IMG/VR virus record: IMGVR_UViG_3300044609_000960
Location: 1 to 64,000 of that record
Direction: 5' to 3' (one strand)
From: a virus
DNA: 64,000 nt
Under the pieces are notes generated by a model that saw nothing but the letters and a program-made list of their open reading frames with translations, was not told the DNA's origin and ran no database searches. Shown here piece by piece: positions 1 to 9,541 of this stretch; the first letter of the stretch is position 1; every line of letters begins with the position of its first letter. Both the position numbers and the translations under genes were made by a program.

Positions 1-104
1 CTGATTTAAGTGTAGTTCTCGGGCGCCGCCCTGCGTGGCGAGGGTTATGCACACTTTGTAGCCGGCATATAGGCACAGCAAGCCTAGGCTGGCGTGGGTG
101 TTTT

Positions 105-610
105 TTAAAAATTGTCACAATTCCCCGAAAGTGGGACATGCTTTTGTGACGGAGCGACCTTAGTACCCTTAAACTGATGACTTTAGCTCATAATCTTTAA
201 ACGAGTTATGTTTGGATTCCCTAATATTATATACCGCCTGTTTAGACCTGTCAACCCCCTGCCGGGCCAGTTTGGCCATTGTCACAATATTGTCACATTT
301 GGCTAGGTTTTGTTGTCACACAAATTGTCACAAAAGTTGGCTTTTATTGACATGGGGGGCCCCCTCACATTTTGGCTAAAAAGTGCACAAAACTGCATCG
401 TTTTGCTAAAAAATGTGAAGGGGGGGTGGCTAACAAAAGTGTGATGGGGGGTAAAAATGGCCTATTTTTGTTAGGGGCAAGTGTGAGATCCCTTGCTATG
501 TCTAGGTCGTATTTCGCTGGGAAATCCTGCTCGATAAGTGCAAGTGTGATGGGGGACCCCCCCTCTTCACATTCTTTTTTAGCTTAAAATGTGAGGGGGG
601 GTATAGGGCT
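105..610. repeat. Iteron-like repeat region (TTGTCACA and TGTGA+G-run motifs), candidate replication origin or packaging/terminal region
   Basis: TTGTCACA at ~112, 279, 290, 313, 325 and inverted at ~144; TGTGA usually followed by a G5-7 run at ~414, 440, 482, 545, 590 and inverted at ~360, ~557; no credible ORF. Confidence 0.6.
226..254 (-). promoter_or_regulatory. Consensus sigma70-type promoter TTGACA-17-TATAAT firing leftward
   Basis: Reverse complement reads TTGACA ggtctaaacaggcggta TATAAT. Confidence 0.8.
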
Positions 611-733
611 TTTTCGATGGACAGCTTAATAATTTTTTTCCTTTGGTGAGGTGGACAATTGCAAAATTTTTAATTGCAAAACTATTACCAACTAACCTGT
701 AACAGTTTAAAGGTCTGAAGAATTAGAACTCAT

Positions 734-1819
734 ATGGCAAAAGACTCCGAATTAATTTTGCTATCTGATACTTACAAACTAACTGAAATAACATCCCCAG
801 AAAGCCGGGATCAACTGGTCTCGACGCTTAGGGCCCTTGATGGGAGAAAATTAACTGACCTCGAGCTGAGGACATATTTCGATTCTCTCAAGATCGCCAT
901 GGGAGCCTTTATTCAAAAGGTGAGCATTCTTGAGGCTAATATATACGACCTAAGAAGAGAACAGAGAGCAGCCGAGGCGAGGATGGAGTCTATGTATCTA
1001 AAAGCCCAACTCGAAATCCAGTCTCTCAAACAGGAGATAACTGAAATCAAACTCTCAAAGAGCAGGATTAATCAAATCGTTAAAGTAGCCGAGGCTCTCC
1101 AGGGTAATGCCTACGCTCCTTACGCGATTAAGTCCCTCGTTGAGGGAGTTGTTGGGCAACCTACTAATAAAAAAGTTAGTAAGCAGAATGTTAAGTTACC
1201 AACCGACTATCCTAATCGCCTAGAGTTTGCTCAATTAAATGGGTTTAAGTGGAATCAGAATAATCGTGAGCCAGCCAAGGACTCTAAGAAACTCCAAGTG
1301 CTAGAGGAGTGGGAGGATCAGTTCTGCCGTATAGAGAAGCTCACAATAGAGCAGATACTTGATAAGAGGTATATTTCCGCGTTAGGAGCCGGGGCTATTG
1401 CCGGCGCGCTCATGTACCTCGAGCGGGAATTAGGTCAGGCTTTGGAGGCTAGGAAGTCCCTCTCAGTATTTAATTGCTATCAAAAAGCTATCAAACTATA
1501 CCAAGAAAAGCAACTCCAAGGCGATTCTGAGTTATTAACTAACTTTGATTTTAAAGGCCTAGTTTCGGGCAGTTTTGTGCACCTTTCCGATGAGGAGAGC
1601 AGTAACCTCATAAAACGGCTTGAAACGAGGGCTTTAGCAACGGTACCGCAAGGGATCTCGTGCCTCAAAAAGCTTATATCAAAAAAGATGCTCCCCACCG
1701 CCATAAAGTACGATGAAGAGCATACAACAGACTCGGCTAAACTTTATGCCATTCAATCAGGCCATTACGACTCCCAACTTGAGGAACTATTCAATAAATA
1801 TGAGTTGAACCGTCAATAG
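734..1819 (+). CDS. Hypothetical protein with N-terminal coiled coil, next to the repeat region
   Basis: 361-aa ORF; GTTTAAAG motif at 705-712; no recognised family. Confidence 0.8.
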   Translation: MAKDSELILLSDTYKLTEITSPESRDQLVSTLRALDGRKLTDLELRTYFDSLKIAMGAFIQKVSILEANIYDLRREQRAAEARMESMYLKAQLEIQSLKQEITEIKLSKSRINQIVKVAEALQGNAYAPYAIKSLVEGVVGQPTNKKVSKQNVKLPTDYPNRLEFAQLNGFKWNQNNREPAKDSKKLQVLEEWEDQFCRIEKLTIEQILDKRYISALGAGAIAGALMYLERELGQALEARKSLSVFNCYQKAIKLYQEKQLQGDSELLTNFDFKGLVSGSFVHLSDEESSNLIKRLETRALATVPQGISCLKKLISKKMLPTAIKYDEEHTTDSAKLYAIQSGHYDSQLEELFNKYELNRQ

Positions 1820-3023
1820 AAACGATCTTTCTCACCGAGCAGGAATTAAAGAGAAGTTTGCTACTAATCCCATGTTTATCATAGATCTTGTTATTAACCC
1901 CGTCGAAGATACGGTATTTATCATCAGAGTCTAATACAGTGGCCCAAGTCCCAAATGACTTTGAGCGTATAAAAAACTCCTTGGCGCTAAAGGAACATTG
2001 ACTGATATCCTTCATCCATTCTTGAACACGTAGATTCATTACTGGACCGAATTCATAAACCACCTCCTTCAGATCATATTTGTTAAAAAACTCATAGATC
2101 TGTTCAAAATCACTGGGAGTTCTCTCCGAGCAATTAAATTTACTTCTAACATAACCGCAAAGGACGTTAATAAAGGTCCTCCGGTGATCTGAGAGGAGGT
2201 ACTTATCTCCACCAACTGTTTGTATTATTTTAAGAGTTTTAGCGACAAAATCAATTTTCTCAGAACTAATCATGTTCCAGTAATCGACCCAATGCATGGT
2301 ATGACTACGGGAAACCATCACAAGCCTAGCAAATAACTTAATGAGATACTCCTTATCTTCTTGTGATTTTGCCTCAAGAAACTCTTTAATGGTCCTATTA
2401 AAGAAGTCTACATAGACTCTTTTTTTAGCCGAGCTAGACGCTATTCCTGTTGTAGACAGGACATGCATCAGGTCCTCTTTCCCTATAACATTAACCTTAT
2501 AGAGCATCAAGATGCTCTCAAGATCAAAGCAACAGTAAGTCTGCTTACAGTGAATAGATTCTTTTGCAATAAGCTGGATGTTATTAAATGCAGATTTGTT
2601 CTTAAGAACTCTGTCTAGAGCAGATTTAGACCCAAATGCAAGGCAACAATTCAACGCCTCGGCGGTTAGATTTTTGCTAAGAAGAATGGCTCTGTTATAG
2701 AGATCGCCATTAATCCCCACACTTTGATACTTTCCATACTTGACAAAGAAAGCATGTGGGTCTTCGTAGGCCTCATATACTTTTCCTATCCAAGGATCAG
2801 AATCAAACATCTGAATCATTTGAAACCCTGGGTTCTCAAGTACCTCCTCAAGGTACAGCCTAGAGGCAGTTCTTAGAACAAGAGTAGAGGCATTAGGGTT
2901 TGAGGCTACGGCTTTTCTAATTTTTACCGAGGTAGTACCATGCCAAAGCTCGGTAAGAACTTCTTCTGGAGTAGACTCATCTTGAGCCAACTCCAGCATA
3001 TGAGCTAATTCTTCCTTTTTCAT
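1791..3023 (-). CDS. Protein with N-terminal leucine-rich-repeat-variant (LRV)-like helices
   Basis: LAQDESTPEEVLTEL...IRKAVASNPNAS...VLENP resembles LRV/HEAT-like units. Confidence 0.65.
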   Translation of the reverse strand: MKKEELAHMLELAQDESTPEEVLTELWHGTTSVKIRKAVASNPNASTLVLRTASRLYLEEVLENPGFQMIQMFDSDPWIGKVYEAYEDPHAFFVKYGKYQSVGINGDLYNRAILLSKNLTAEALNCCLAFGSKSALDRVLKNKSAFNNIQLIAKESIHCKQTYCCFDLESILMLYKVNVIGKEDLMHVLSTTGIASSSAKKRVYVDFFNRTIKEFLEAKSQEDKEYLIKLFARLVMVSRSHTMHWVDYWNMISSEKIDFVAKTLKIIQTVGGDKYLLSDHRRTFINVLCGYVRSKFNCSERTPSDFEQIYEFFNKYDLKEVVYEFGPVMNLRVQEWMKDISQCSFSAKEFFIRSKSFGTWATVLDSDDKYRIFDGVNNKIYDKHGISSKLLFNSCSVRKIVSIDGSTHIY

Positions 3024-3241
3024 CGACGTTTCCGGTCAGTGAGGAGCTTCACAAAGATTTCATACCACATCTCTTGAGAGCATTCCTCACTGCAGCAGTA
3101 TTCTACTGCATAGACCGATTTATAATGAGTCTTTTTTCCGCAAACTCCACAGTACCCCACGTGGTCCTGTTGGCGATAGACATCATTTTGATATTCTACC
3201 CAGGGCTTAGAGCGAAAGAGTTTTTTGATTTGTTGGGCCAT
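3020..3241 (-). CDS. Small zinc-binding protein
   Basis: CGVC...CCSEEC motif; ATGA overlap with next gene. Confidence 0.65.
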   Translation of the reverse strand: MAQQIKKLFRSKPWVEYQNDVYRQQDHVGYCGVCGKKTHYKSVYAVEYCCSEECSQEMWYEIFVKLLTDRKRR

Positions 3242-3264
3242 TTTTCCGTGGCTTGATTACCTGG

Positions 3265-3531
3265 TTATTCTACCTCGCCATCACGGCCTATGTCAACCAC
3301 TGATTCAGATTTTTTACCCTCTGTAATAAATCTTTCTCTCACCTTGCGTTTCTTATCCCTAACGCGCCTGAGTTCTCTACGCGCCAACGCAAAAATCCGC
3401 CACATCACTTCTGACATTGAAGCATCTTCGAATAGATCTCTCCACTCATCGAGTTGAAGAGCGACCTCCTCACGAACTCGAATGGTTCTATATTTAATAG
3501 ACTTGGGCTTGGACTCTTTTTGAAAAACCAC
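3265..3531 (-). CDS. Putative ribbon-helix-helix DNA-binding protein
   Basis: YRTIRVREEVALQLDEW...SMSEVMWRI strand-helix-helix pattern. Confidence 0.5.
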   Translation of the reverse strand: MVFQKESKPKSIKYRTIRVREEVALQLDEWRDLFEDASMSEVMWRIFALARRELRRVRDKKRKVRERFITEGKKSESVVDIGRDGEVE

Positions 3532-3593
3532 GGGATTAATGTAACAAACAGTTTATGGTAGTATAGCCATTATCCAATCTTAAACGGTTAATA

Positions 3594-3962
3594 ATGAAAA
3601 AAGAAAGGCAATGGCCTGAGGTCTTTGTCGAGGTTGAGTTCCTAAAAAGAACGGATATCATCAACAAAGTTCTACGAGTCGATTCTACTACATATAACGT
3701 AAACTTTGAACATCCTGTTCTTGGGCAAATCGTGGAGATATTTGAAATCCATGATAAGGATACTCTGTGCCTAAAGTCTATATATCCTGTGGATATGCAA
3801 GATGAGCAAGAAGAAATTGAAATAGTAAAAGACTATTACAATAACTTCCTTCTTGATGGGCATGAAACTTACCTCGAGTATTTCAACCAAGAGATCGGAT
3901 ATTTTCTACTGTCAAGAAATGTAAAAGAAGTGGAAAATCCTTTCGGTACCAGAGTAAAATAG
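3594..3962 (+). CDS. Hypothetical protein
   Basis: 122-aa ORF upstream of topoisomerase. Confidence 0.7.
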   Translation: MKKERQWPEVFVEVEFLKRTDIINKVLRVDSTTYNVNFEHPVLGQIVEIFEIHDKDTLCLKSIYPVDMQDEQEEIEIVKDYYNNFLLDGHETYLEYFNQEIGYFLLSRNVKEVENPFGTRVK

Positions 3963-3981
3963 TAACGTTTGAGTTATCACT

Positions 3982-5883
3982 GTGTCAACAGAAATCATCC
4001 CAGTATCCCTAAAAGAAGAGTTACAGAGTAGTTATCTCACCTACTCCGTGGCAATCTTCAACCGGGCTCTACCCTCTGTCACCGATGGACTTAAGTCCGC
4101 TCAACGCCGAATTATCCTCGGCCTTAAAGATCTCAATCTTCGTCCTGATGGCCAATACAAGAAAGTATCGAGGCTCGAGGGCCATGTCCTCGGCTCGTAC
4201 CACCCGCAAGGCGGCTGCGCTGGTACGGCTATTAATATGGGTCAATCTGATTCTTTTCGGTATCTTCTTACTGACATCCATGGCAACGTTGGAGGTAGTA
4301 TTCAATCCGGGCCGAGCGTCGGTCAATCCATTTCTGAAGACGCTCCGGCAGCTGCAAGATACCTTGAGGTGAAGACTAGCGCCCTCACCCAACGACTCTA
4401 TATCACCGAGATAGATAAGTATAGTTGCCAATGGCGAGATAACTATGACGGCTCGACGAAAGAAGTCATTGAGATTGTCCCTGTTATTCCGGCCCTTCTT
4501 ATCAATGGGGCGCAGGGTATCGCGGCAGGTTACGCCTGCCATCATGTCCCTTATAACCTTTCCGAGGTGATCAAGGGCACTATTGAATATATTAAAAATC
4601 CACGCATTACTCCTAAGCGTCTGTTCTCCTTTATCAAAGGTCCTGATCTACCCAATGGTGCTCGGATTTTAAACGATGAGGCGGTGTTTAATGCTTTTGA
4701 AAAGGGCAGCGGATCTCTCAAGACTTATGGTACTTGGGAGGTAAAAAAAGTCCAACACGGAAAACGGTCTACTCGAGATGCTATTATTATTACCTCTTTG
4801 GCTAGCGGGAGCTCAGAACGCTTCCTTGAAAAACTCAAGGACTCAGTCGAATCAGAAAAAATCGTGGGTGTCATCGATGCCCAAGACCACTCGTCCCGCG
4901 ACGGTATTGAAATCCAAGTCATCCTAAAGACCGGAGTAGAAGCAAATACCGTAATCTCCCAGCTTTTGGCCTTTACTAATCTGGCTGATAGCATCGGCGT
5001 TAACGCCACGGCCATTTCTAGCGGCCTCCCTACCATCTTTGGGGTGAAGGATATCATCGCTGAGTGGTACGGGGCACGGTGCAAGGCCCTAAAGTCTAGG
5101 TATGTGGCTGAATGCGACAAACTTTCTTCCCGAGTCCACATCCTCGACGGCCTTCTAACCATCCTGGCAGATATCGACGAGGTAATTAAACTCATTAGGG
5201 GTTCGAAGACCAAGGAGATCGCGGCTGGGAAGCTTAAAAAGCGTTGGAAGTTGAGCGATATCCAGGTCCAGGCGGTCCTCTCTATGCCTCTCAGCCGATT
5301 GGTGGGGGTAGAACGCCTTGAACTGGAGAGTGAGAAGGCCGATCTTGAGGCAAAAATCGCCAATCTGACCGATATCGTGACAAATCCAGTCAAAATGGAT
5401 GAACATATCATCTCCCAGATCAATGACTTCAAGGAGTTTGTTGATAAGCGCCGGAGTATGTTGGTTGAAAAGCAAGAAATTGGCATTGAGAAAGCCAAAA
5501 TCACCACTCAATCTGGCACACGTAGGGTGAAGATGCCGAGTCCAAAGGATCGGATCAAAGAAGAGGGGAAAAGGATCGGTATGAAGAGGTCGGAGTTGAG
5601 TAAATTCTTCACCCAAATGGCCGGAAAGACCAACATCAAGGCAGAATGGGATCAATTTAAAGAAGATTGGAATCACTCTCAACAACTCTCAACCCGTAAA
5701 GGGCGCGCAGAGCGCAAAATCCTACTCGATAAGATAAAAGAAGGGGCGGTGAAGAAAGGAATGCCATCTAGGGGTAAGCATTCTTGGGCTTCTTTCATGA
5801 AAGAGAGGGAGGATGCTAAGATTAAGAGCATTGAGAATGACCTCAAGGAATGGATGAAGAACATTCCTAAGCTTAGCAAATAA
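3982..5883 (+). CDS. gyrA: Type IIA topoisomerase subunit A (GyrA/ParC-like) with atypical C-terminus
   Basis: RALPSVTDGLKSAQRRI, YHPQG, catalytic AAARY, NYDG, LINGAQGIAAGYA, GPDLP motifs. Confidence 0.92.
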   Translation: MSTEIIPVSLKEELQSSYLTYSVAIFNRALPSVTDGLKSAQRRIILGLKDLNLRPDGQYKKVSRLEGHVLGSYHPQGGCAGTAINMGQSDSFRYLLTDIHGNVGGSIQSGPSVGQSISEDAPAAARYLEVKTSALTQRLYITEIDKYSCQWRDNYDGSTKEVIEIVPVIPALLINGAQGIAAGYACHHVPYNLSEVIKGTIEYIKNPRITPKRLFSFIKGPDLPNGARILNDEAVFNAFEKGSGSLKTYGTWEVKKVQHGKRSTRDAIIITSLASGSSERFLEKLKDSVESEKIVGVIDAQDHSSRDGIEIQVILKTGVEANTVISQLLAFTNLADSIGVNATAISSGLPTIFGVKDIIAEWYGARCKALKSRYVAECDKLSSRVHILDGLLTILADIDEVIKLIRGSKTKEIAAGKLKKRWKLSDIQVQAVLSMPLSRLVGVERLELESEKADLEAKIANLTDIVTNPVKMDEHIISQINDFKEFVDKRRSMLVEKQEIGIEKAKITTQSGTRRVKMPSPKDRIKEEGKRIGMKRSELSKFFTQMAGKTNIKAEWDQFKEDWNHSQQLSTRKGRAERKILLDKIKEGAVKKGMPSRGKHSWASFMKEREDAKIKSIENDLKEWMKNIPKLSK

Positions 5884-5896
5884 AAAGTAACTGGTT

Positions 5897-5929
5897 AAGG
5901 TATAAGTGTTAATAGCTTATACCTTTTTT
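5897..5929 (+). terminator. Intrinsic terminator after gyrA, overlapping a GGTTAAGG motif ahead of agt-glf
   Basis: AAGGTATAAG-loop-CTTATACCTT followed by T-run. Confidence 0.65.
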
Positions 5930-5932
5930 ATT

Positions 5933-7225
5933 ATGTCTAATGCCCCGAAACTACCAAAAGTAGCAATTCTCCTTCTCCGAGGCCTTGAGGGGTGCGGAGT
6001 TAGTAACTATTCCCGCCATATGAAGGGGTATTATGACTCTGTTGGTGGAGTATGTGATATTTTTGCGCTACAAACCAAAGTTGGTAGGTCTGATACCTCC
6101 TCCGACATGGATGTTAAGTTTTTTAAGTACGAAGATAAGCAAGAAGTTGTTGATAAAGTCAATTCTGGGTATGACGTGATTCTCATTTTCTCTGTCCCAG
6201 ACACATCAGAACCTGATACGGTTACAAACGGGTATGTTTCTGAGATTATTGAAAAAATTGACCGTAAAAAAGTAATGGTGAATCATGATCACCATGCCCA
6301 TACATTCAAAAGAAATGCAGATTTTAAAAACGCGATTGAATCGTGCGATAAAGTCATGGCGCATTCACTAAATAAAACAAACTCGGGGTTTATTGAGTGG
6401 ATGGAGAAGCAAAATGCAATTATTCCTCCGATGGAGAAGATCGATATCTTTTTCCATGTCCCATTCATCCAGCATTTGATCAATTTTGAGAAGGATACCC
6501 GCAAAAAACGGATCATCCATGCTAGTAGAGCAGTCGCGTGGAAACGTGGATCACTGATCCTCAATCTGCAAAAACTCCTCGCGGACAAAGGGTTTATCGC
6601 TGAGATGATCGGCTTTGAACGTTCGATCGCTGGCTATACTCAACTTAAAAACTATGAAGGAGTACTTGATTGGTTCAAATCTACTGACTTCATCAAGCCT
6701 ATCAAAGGTCCTTCTCCGTTCTCTAACTCAAAAATAAATAGTCAGCTTATGGATTGGCTCGATGAAGTCGGCCAAAATCCTCAATTTATGTATGTGATTG
6801 GCTCTTATGACTATCATCGTGGCCTGAAGAGAATCGCCGAGTCGGCTTTTGCTACTCAACCGAGAACTTTTGAGCATAATAAACTCTGCTACGGAAACAC
6901 ATTTATCGAGTACCAAGGCATCGAAGCTGCTCTACTCTCAGTTCCTATCTACCACCGCCATTTCTTAGATAATGTCACTGTTCCTAATACAAATACCCTA
7001 CTGAGCCAGACTGACACATTTATCTCTATTGACGATGATGGTAGGGCATTGGCAAAAGGTGGTCCTCAAGTGCTTGAACCAGAGAAGTTTGTAGATCTAC
7101 TCGAAGAAATCTGGGAAGATGACGATAAATATATGGAATATCGCAAGAAGTCTTCTGATTTTATGATGAAGTATTTTTCATCGGCTAGCATTGTCCCTAA
7201 TCTCATGGAAAAAATTATGTCATGA
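5933..7225 (+). CDS. agt: T4 DNA alpha-glucosyltransferase (AGT, GT-B fold) homolog
   Basis: Collinear AGT motifs recalled from T4: RGLEGCGV, SVP, HDH, HS, RAVAWK (T4 RTTTWK), GFERS (T4 GLERS), IEYQGIEA...VPIY (T4 LEYTHLE...IPVF). Confidence 0.85.
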   Translation: MSNAPKLPKVAILLLRGLEGCGVSNYSRHMKGYYDSVGGVCDIFALQTKVGRSDTSSDMDVKFFKYEDKQEVVDKVNSGYDVILIFSVPDTSEPDTVTNGYVSEIIEKIDRKKVMVNHDHHAHTFKRNADFKNAIESCDKVMAHSLNKTNSGFIEWMEKQNAIIPPMEKIDIFFHVPFIQHLINFEKDTRKKRIIHASRAVAWKRGSLILNLQKLLADKGFIAEMIGFERSIAGYTQLKNYEGVLDWFKSTDFIKPIKGPSPFSNSKINSQLMDWLDEVGQNPQFMYVIGSYDYHRGLKRIAESAFATQPRTFEHNKLCYGNTFIEYQGIEAALLSVPIYHRHFLDNVTVPNTNTLLSQTDTFISIDDDGRALAKGGPQVLEPEKFVDLLEEIWEDDDKYMEYRKKSSDFMMKYFSSASIVPNLMEKIMS

Positions 7226-8346
7226 CAAAAGTCCTAGTAGTAGGTGCCGGATTCTCCGGCTCTGTGGTAGCTCGTGAGTTGGCTAGTTTTGGTTGTAAAG
7301 TACATATAATCGACGAGAGGGAGCATATTGCTGGGAACTGCCACACTGAGCGAGATGAAAAAACCAATATCATGGTCCATACTTACGGACCTCATATCTT
7401 CAATACAAATATCCCCAGGGTGTGGGAGTATGTAAATAAGTATGGGGAGTGGGTACCTTATGTCAATAGAGTAAAAGCCTCTATAGACTCTGGAGTCTAC
7501 TCACTCCCTATCAACCTCCATACAATCAATCAGTTCTTCCAGACAAATTTTAATCCAGCGGAAGCTAAAAAATATATCCAAAAGTTAGCTAGCAAAGACT
7601 ATCCTCAACCAACTAACTTTGAGGAGCAGGCTCTTAGCATGATCGGTAAAGGTCTCTATGAAGCCTTCTTCAAGGGATATACTGAGAAGCAATGGGGATG
7701 TAGCCCTACGTCTCTTCCAGCTTCTATCCTCAAACGACTCCCTGTGAGATTTAATTATGACGATAATTATTACAACTCAAAGTGGCAAGCAATTCCAAAG
7801 CATGGATATACCCAAATAGTTCAAAATATCATCTCCCATGAGAACATAACTCTTGAGCTGGGGAGGTCTTGGGATATTTCTGATAATGATAACTATGACT
7901 TGGTGATTTATACCGGACCTATCGACAAATACTTCGACTACTCCCACGGACAACTGGGCTATAGAACTGTATTCTGGGAGAAAGAATATGGCAGAGGAGA
8001 TCTCCAAGGAAACGCAGTTATAAACTACCCATCTACCTACCAACTTTTTACCCGTGTCCATGAGCATAAACATTTCACCCCTTGGGAATCTCATGATCAG
8101 TCAGTGATATTCACAGAGTTTAGTAAGGAAACAGAGCAAGGCGACATCCCCTATTACCCAAAGAGACTCTCAGATGATCTAGAGATTCTCTCCAAGTACC
8201 AAGAAGAGATTGCTAAGCAGACTAAAGTTAAGTTTGTTGGTAGGTTGGCTACTTATCGCTATTTGAATATGGATGCAATAATCTCTGAGGCGCTTGATCT
8301 CTCCGATACCATCAAGGCCAGTTTAAAGATAGATACTATGTCTTGA
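7222..8346 (+). CDS. glf: UDP-galactopyranose mutase
   Basis: GAGFSG FAD motif, GNC, YGPHIF, YTEKQWG, RLPVR, PYYP, GRLATYRYLNMD; ATGA overlap with agt. Confidence 0.95.
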   Translation: MTKVLVVGAGFSGSVVARELASFGCKVHIIDEREHIAGNCHTERDEKTNIMVHTYGPHIFNTNIPRVWEYVNKYGEWVPYVNRVKASIDSGVYSLPINLHTINQFFQTNFNPAEAKKYIQKLASKDYPQPTNFEEQALSMIGKGLYEAFFKGYTEKQWGCSPTSLPASILKRLPVRFNYDDNYYNSKWQAIPKHGYTQIVQNIISHENITLELGRSWDISDNDNYDLVIYTGPIDKYFDYSHGQLGYRTVFWEKEYGRGDLQGNAVINYPSTYQLFTRVHEHKHFTPWESHDQSVIFTEFSKETEQGDIPYYPKRLSDDLEILSKYQEEIAKQTKVKFVGRLATYRYLNMDAIISEALDLSDTIKASLKIDTMS

Positions 8347-8400
8347 TTTCCTGACATAGATGGGTTATAATGATCCCATCGGAAGGTCAATTCCCTCCGA
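8343..8400 (+). promoter_or_regulatory. psbA promoter (TTGATT-17-TATAAT) and 5' UTR hairpin; GTTTAAAG motif at 8321
   Basis: TTGATT 8343-8348, TATAAT 8366-8371, TCGGAAGG/CCCTCCGA hairpin 8379-8400. Confidence 0.65.
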
Positions 8401-8432
8401 ATATTTAACTTGAACATCGAAATTTTAATACT

Positions 8433-9515
8433 ATGACAGCTTCTTCAATTGCCCAACAGCGTGTTGGCAATCAGTGGGAACAGTTCTGTGAGTGGATAAC
8501 ATCCACCAATAACCGTCTCTATGTCGGTTGGTTTGGTACTCTGATGATCCCTACCCTCCTTGCTGCAACTGTTTGCTTTATTGTTGCCTTTGTTGCTGCG
8601 CCTCCGGTAGATATTGACGGCATCCGTGAGCCTGTTGCTGGTTCGCTAATGTATGGCAATAACATCATTTCTGGTGCTGTTGTTCCTAGTTCGAATGCAA
8701 TCGGACTTCACTTCTACCCTATTTGGGAAGCTGCTTCGCTAGACGAATGGCTTTACAATGGCGGTCCCTATCAACTGGTGGTTTTCCACTTCCTCATTGG
8801 CGTATTTAGCTACATGGGTCGGGAATGGGAACTTTCTTACCGACTTGGTATGCGTCCTTGGATTTGTGTTGCCTACAGCGCACCCGTGGCTGCTGCTACT
8901 GCAGTGTTCCTCGTATATCCATTTGGACAAGGTTCCTTCTCTGATGGAATGCCTCTTGGCATTTCAGGTACATTTAACTACATGCTTGTTTTCCAGGCGG
9001 AGCATAATATCCTCATGCACCCCTTCCATATGCTTGGGGTGGCTGGTGTATTTGGTGGTTCTCTTTTCTCTGCTATGCATGGATCTTTGGTCACTAGTTC
9101 GCTCGTTCGTGAAACCACAGAAGTAGAGAGTCAAAACTATGGATACAAATTCGGACAAGAAGAAGAGACCTATAACATCGTCGCAGCCCATGGCTACTTC
9201 GGACGTCTCATCTTCCAATACGCATCCTTCAACAACTCTCGCAGTCTTCATTTCTTCCTGGCTGCTTGGCCTGTTGTTGGTATTTGGTTCGCTGCTCTGG
9301 GAGTTAGCACGATGGCCTTCAACTTGAATGGTTTTAACTTTAACCAATCATTGCTTGATAACAATGGTCGCGTAATTAACACCTGGGCAGATATCCTCAA
9401 CCGCGCTGGTCTTGGTTTTGAGGTGATGCACGAGCGTAATGCTCACAACTTCCCTCTCGATCTTGCTGCTGCCGATATGACCCCTGTGGCTCTCAAGGCC
9501 CCGGCTATTGGTTGA
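8433..9515 (+). CDS. psbA: Photosystem II D1 protein, Glu130 high-light type, intronless
   Basis: Full 360-aa D1: [32 protein letters not shown]. Confidence 0.99.
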   Translation: MTASSIAQQRVGNQWEQFCEWITSTNNRLYVGWFGTLMIPTLLAATVCFIVAFVAAPPVDIDGIREPVAGSLMYGNNIISGAVVPSSNAIGLHFYPIWEAASLDEWLYNGGPYQLVVFHFLIGVFSYMGREWELSYRLGMRPWICVAYSAPVAAATAVFLVYPFGQGSFSDGMPLGISGTFNYMLVFQAEHNILMHPFHMLGVAGVFGGSLFSAMHGSLVTSSLVRETTEVESQNYGYKFGQEEETYNIVAAHGYFGRLIFQYASFNNSRSLHFFLAAWPVVGIWFAALGVSTMAFNLNGFNFNQSLLDNNGRVINTWADILNRAGLGFEVMHERNAHNFPLDLAAADMTPVALKAPAIG

Positions 9516-9541
9516 CATTACTCAGAAGATCTGATATTATT

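Noticed and set aside
372-587. 71-aa ORF in the ORF track
   Set aside because: Crosses the repeat/G-tract region, TTG start, no RBS; likely spurious
105-610. CRISPR array or CRP sites
   Set aside because: Repeats are 8-14 nt with irregular spacing, and no TGTGA-N6-TCACA spacing was found
4069-5879. Long antisense ORFs within gyrA (similar ones in psbA, polymerase, capsid)
   Set aside because: Shadow frames of well-supported genes
8433-9515. Intron or homing endonuclease in or next to psbA
   Set aside because: ORF is continuous at 360 aa; no HNH/GIY-YIG/LAGLIDADG motif recognised nearby
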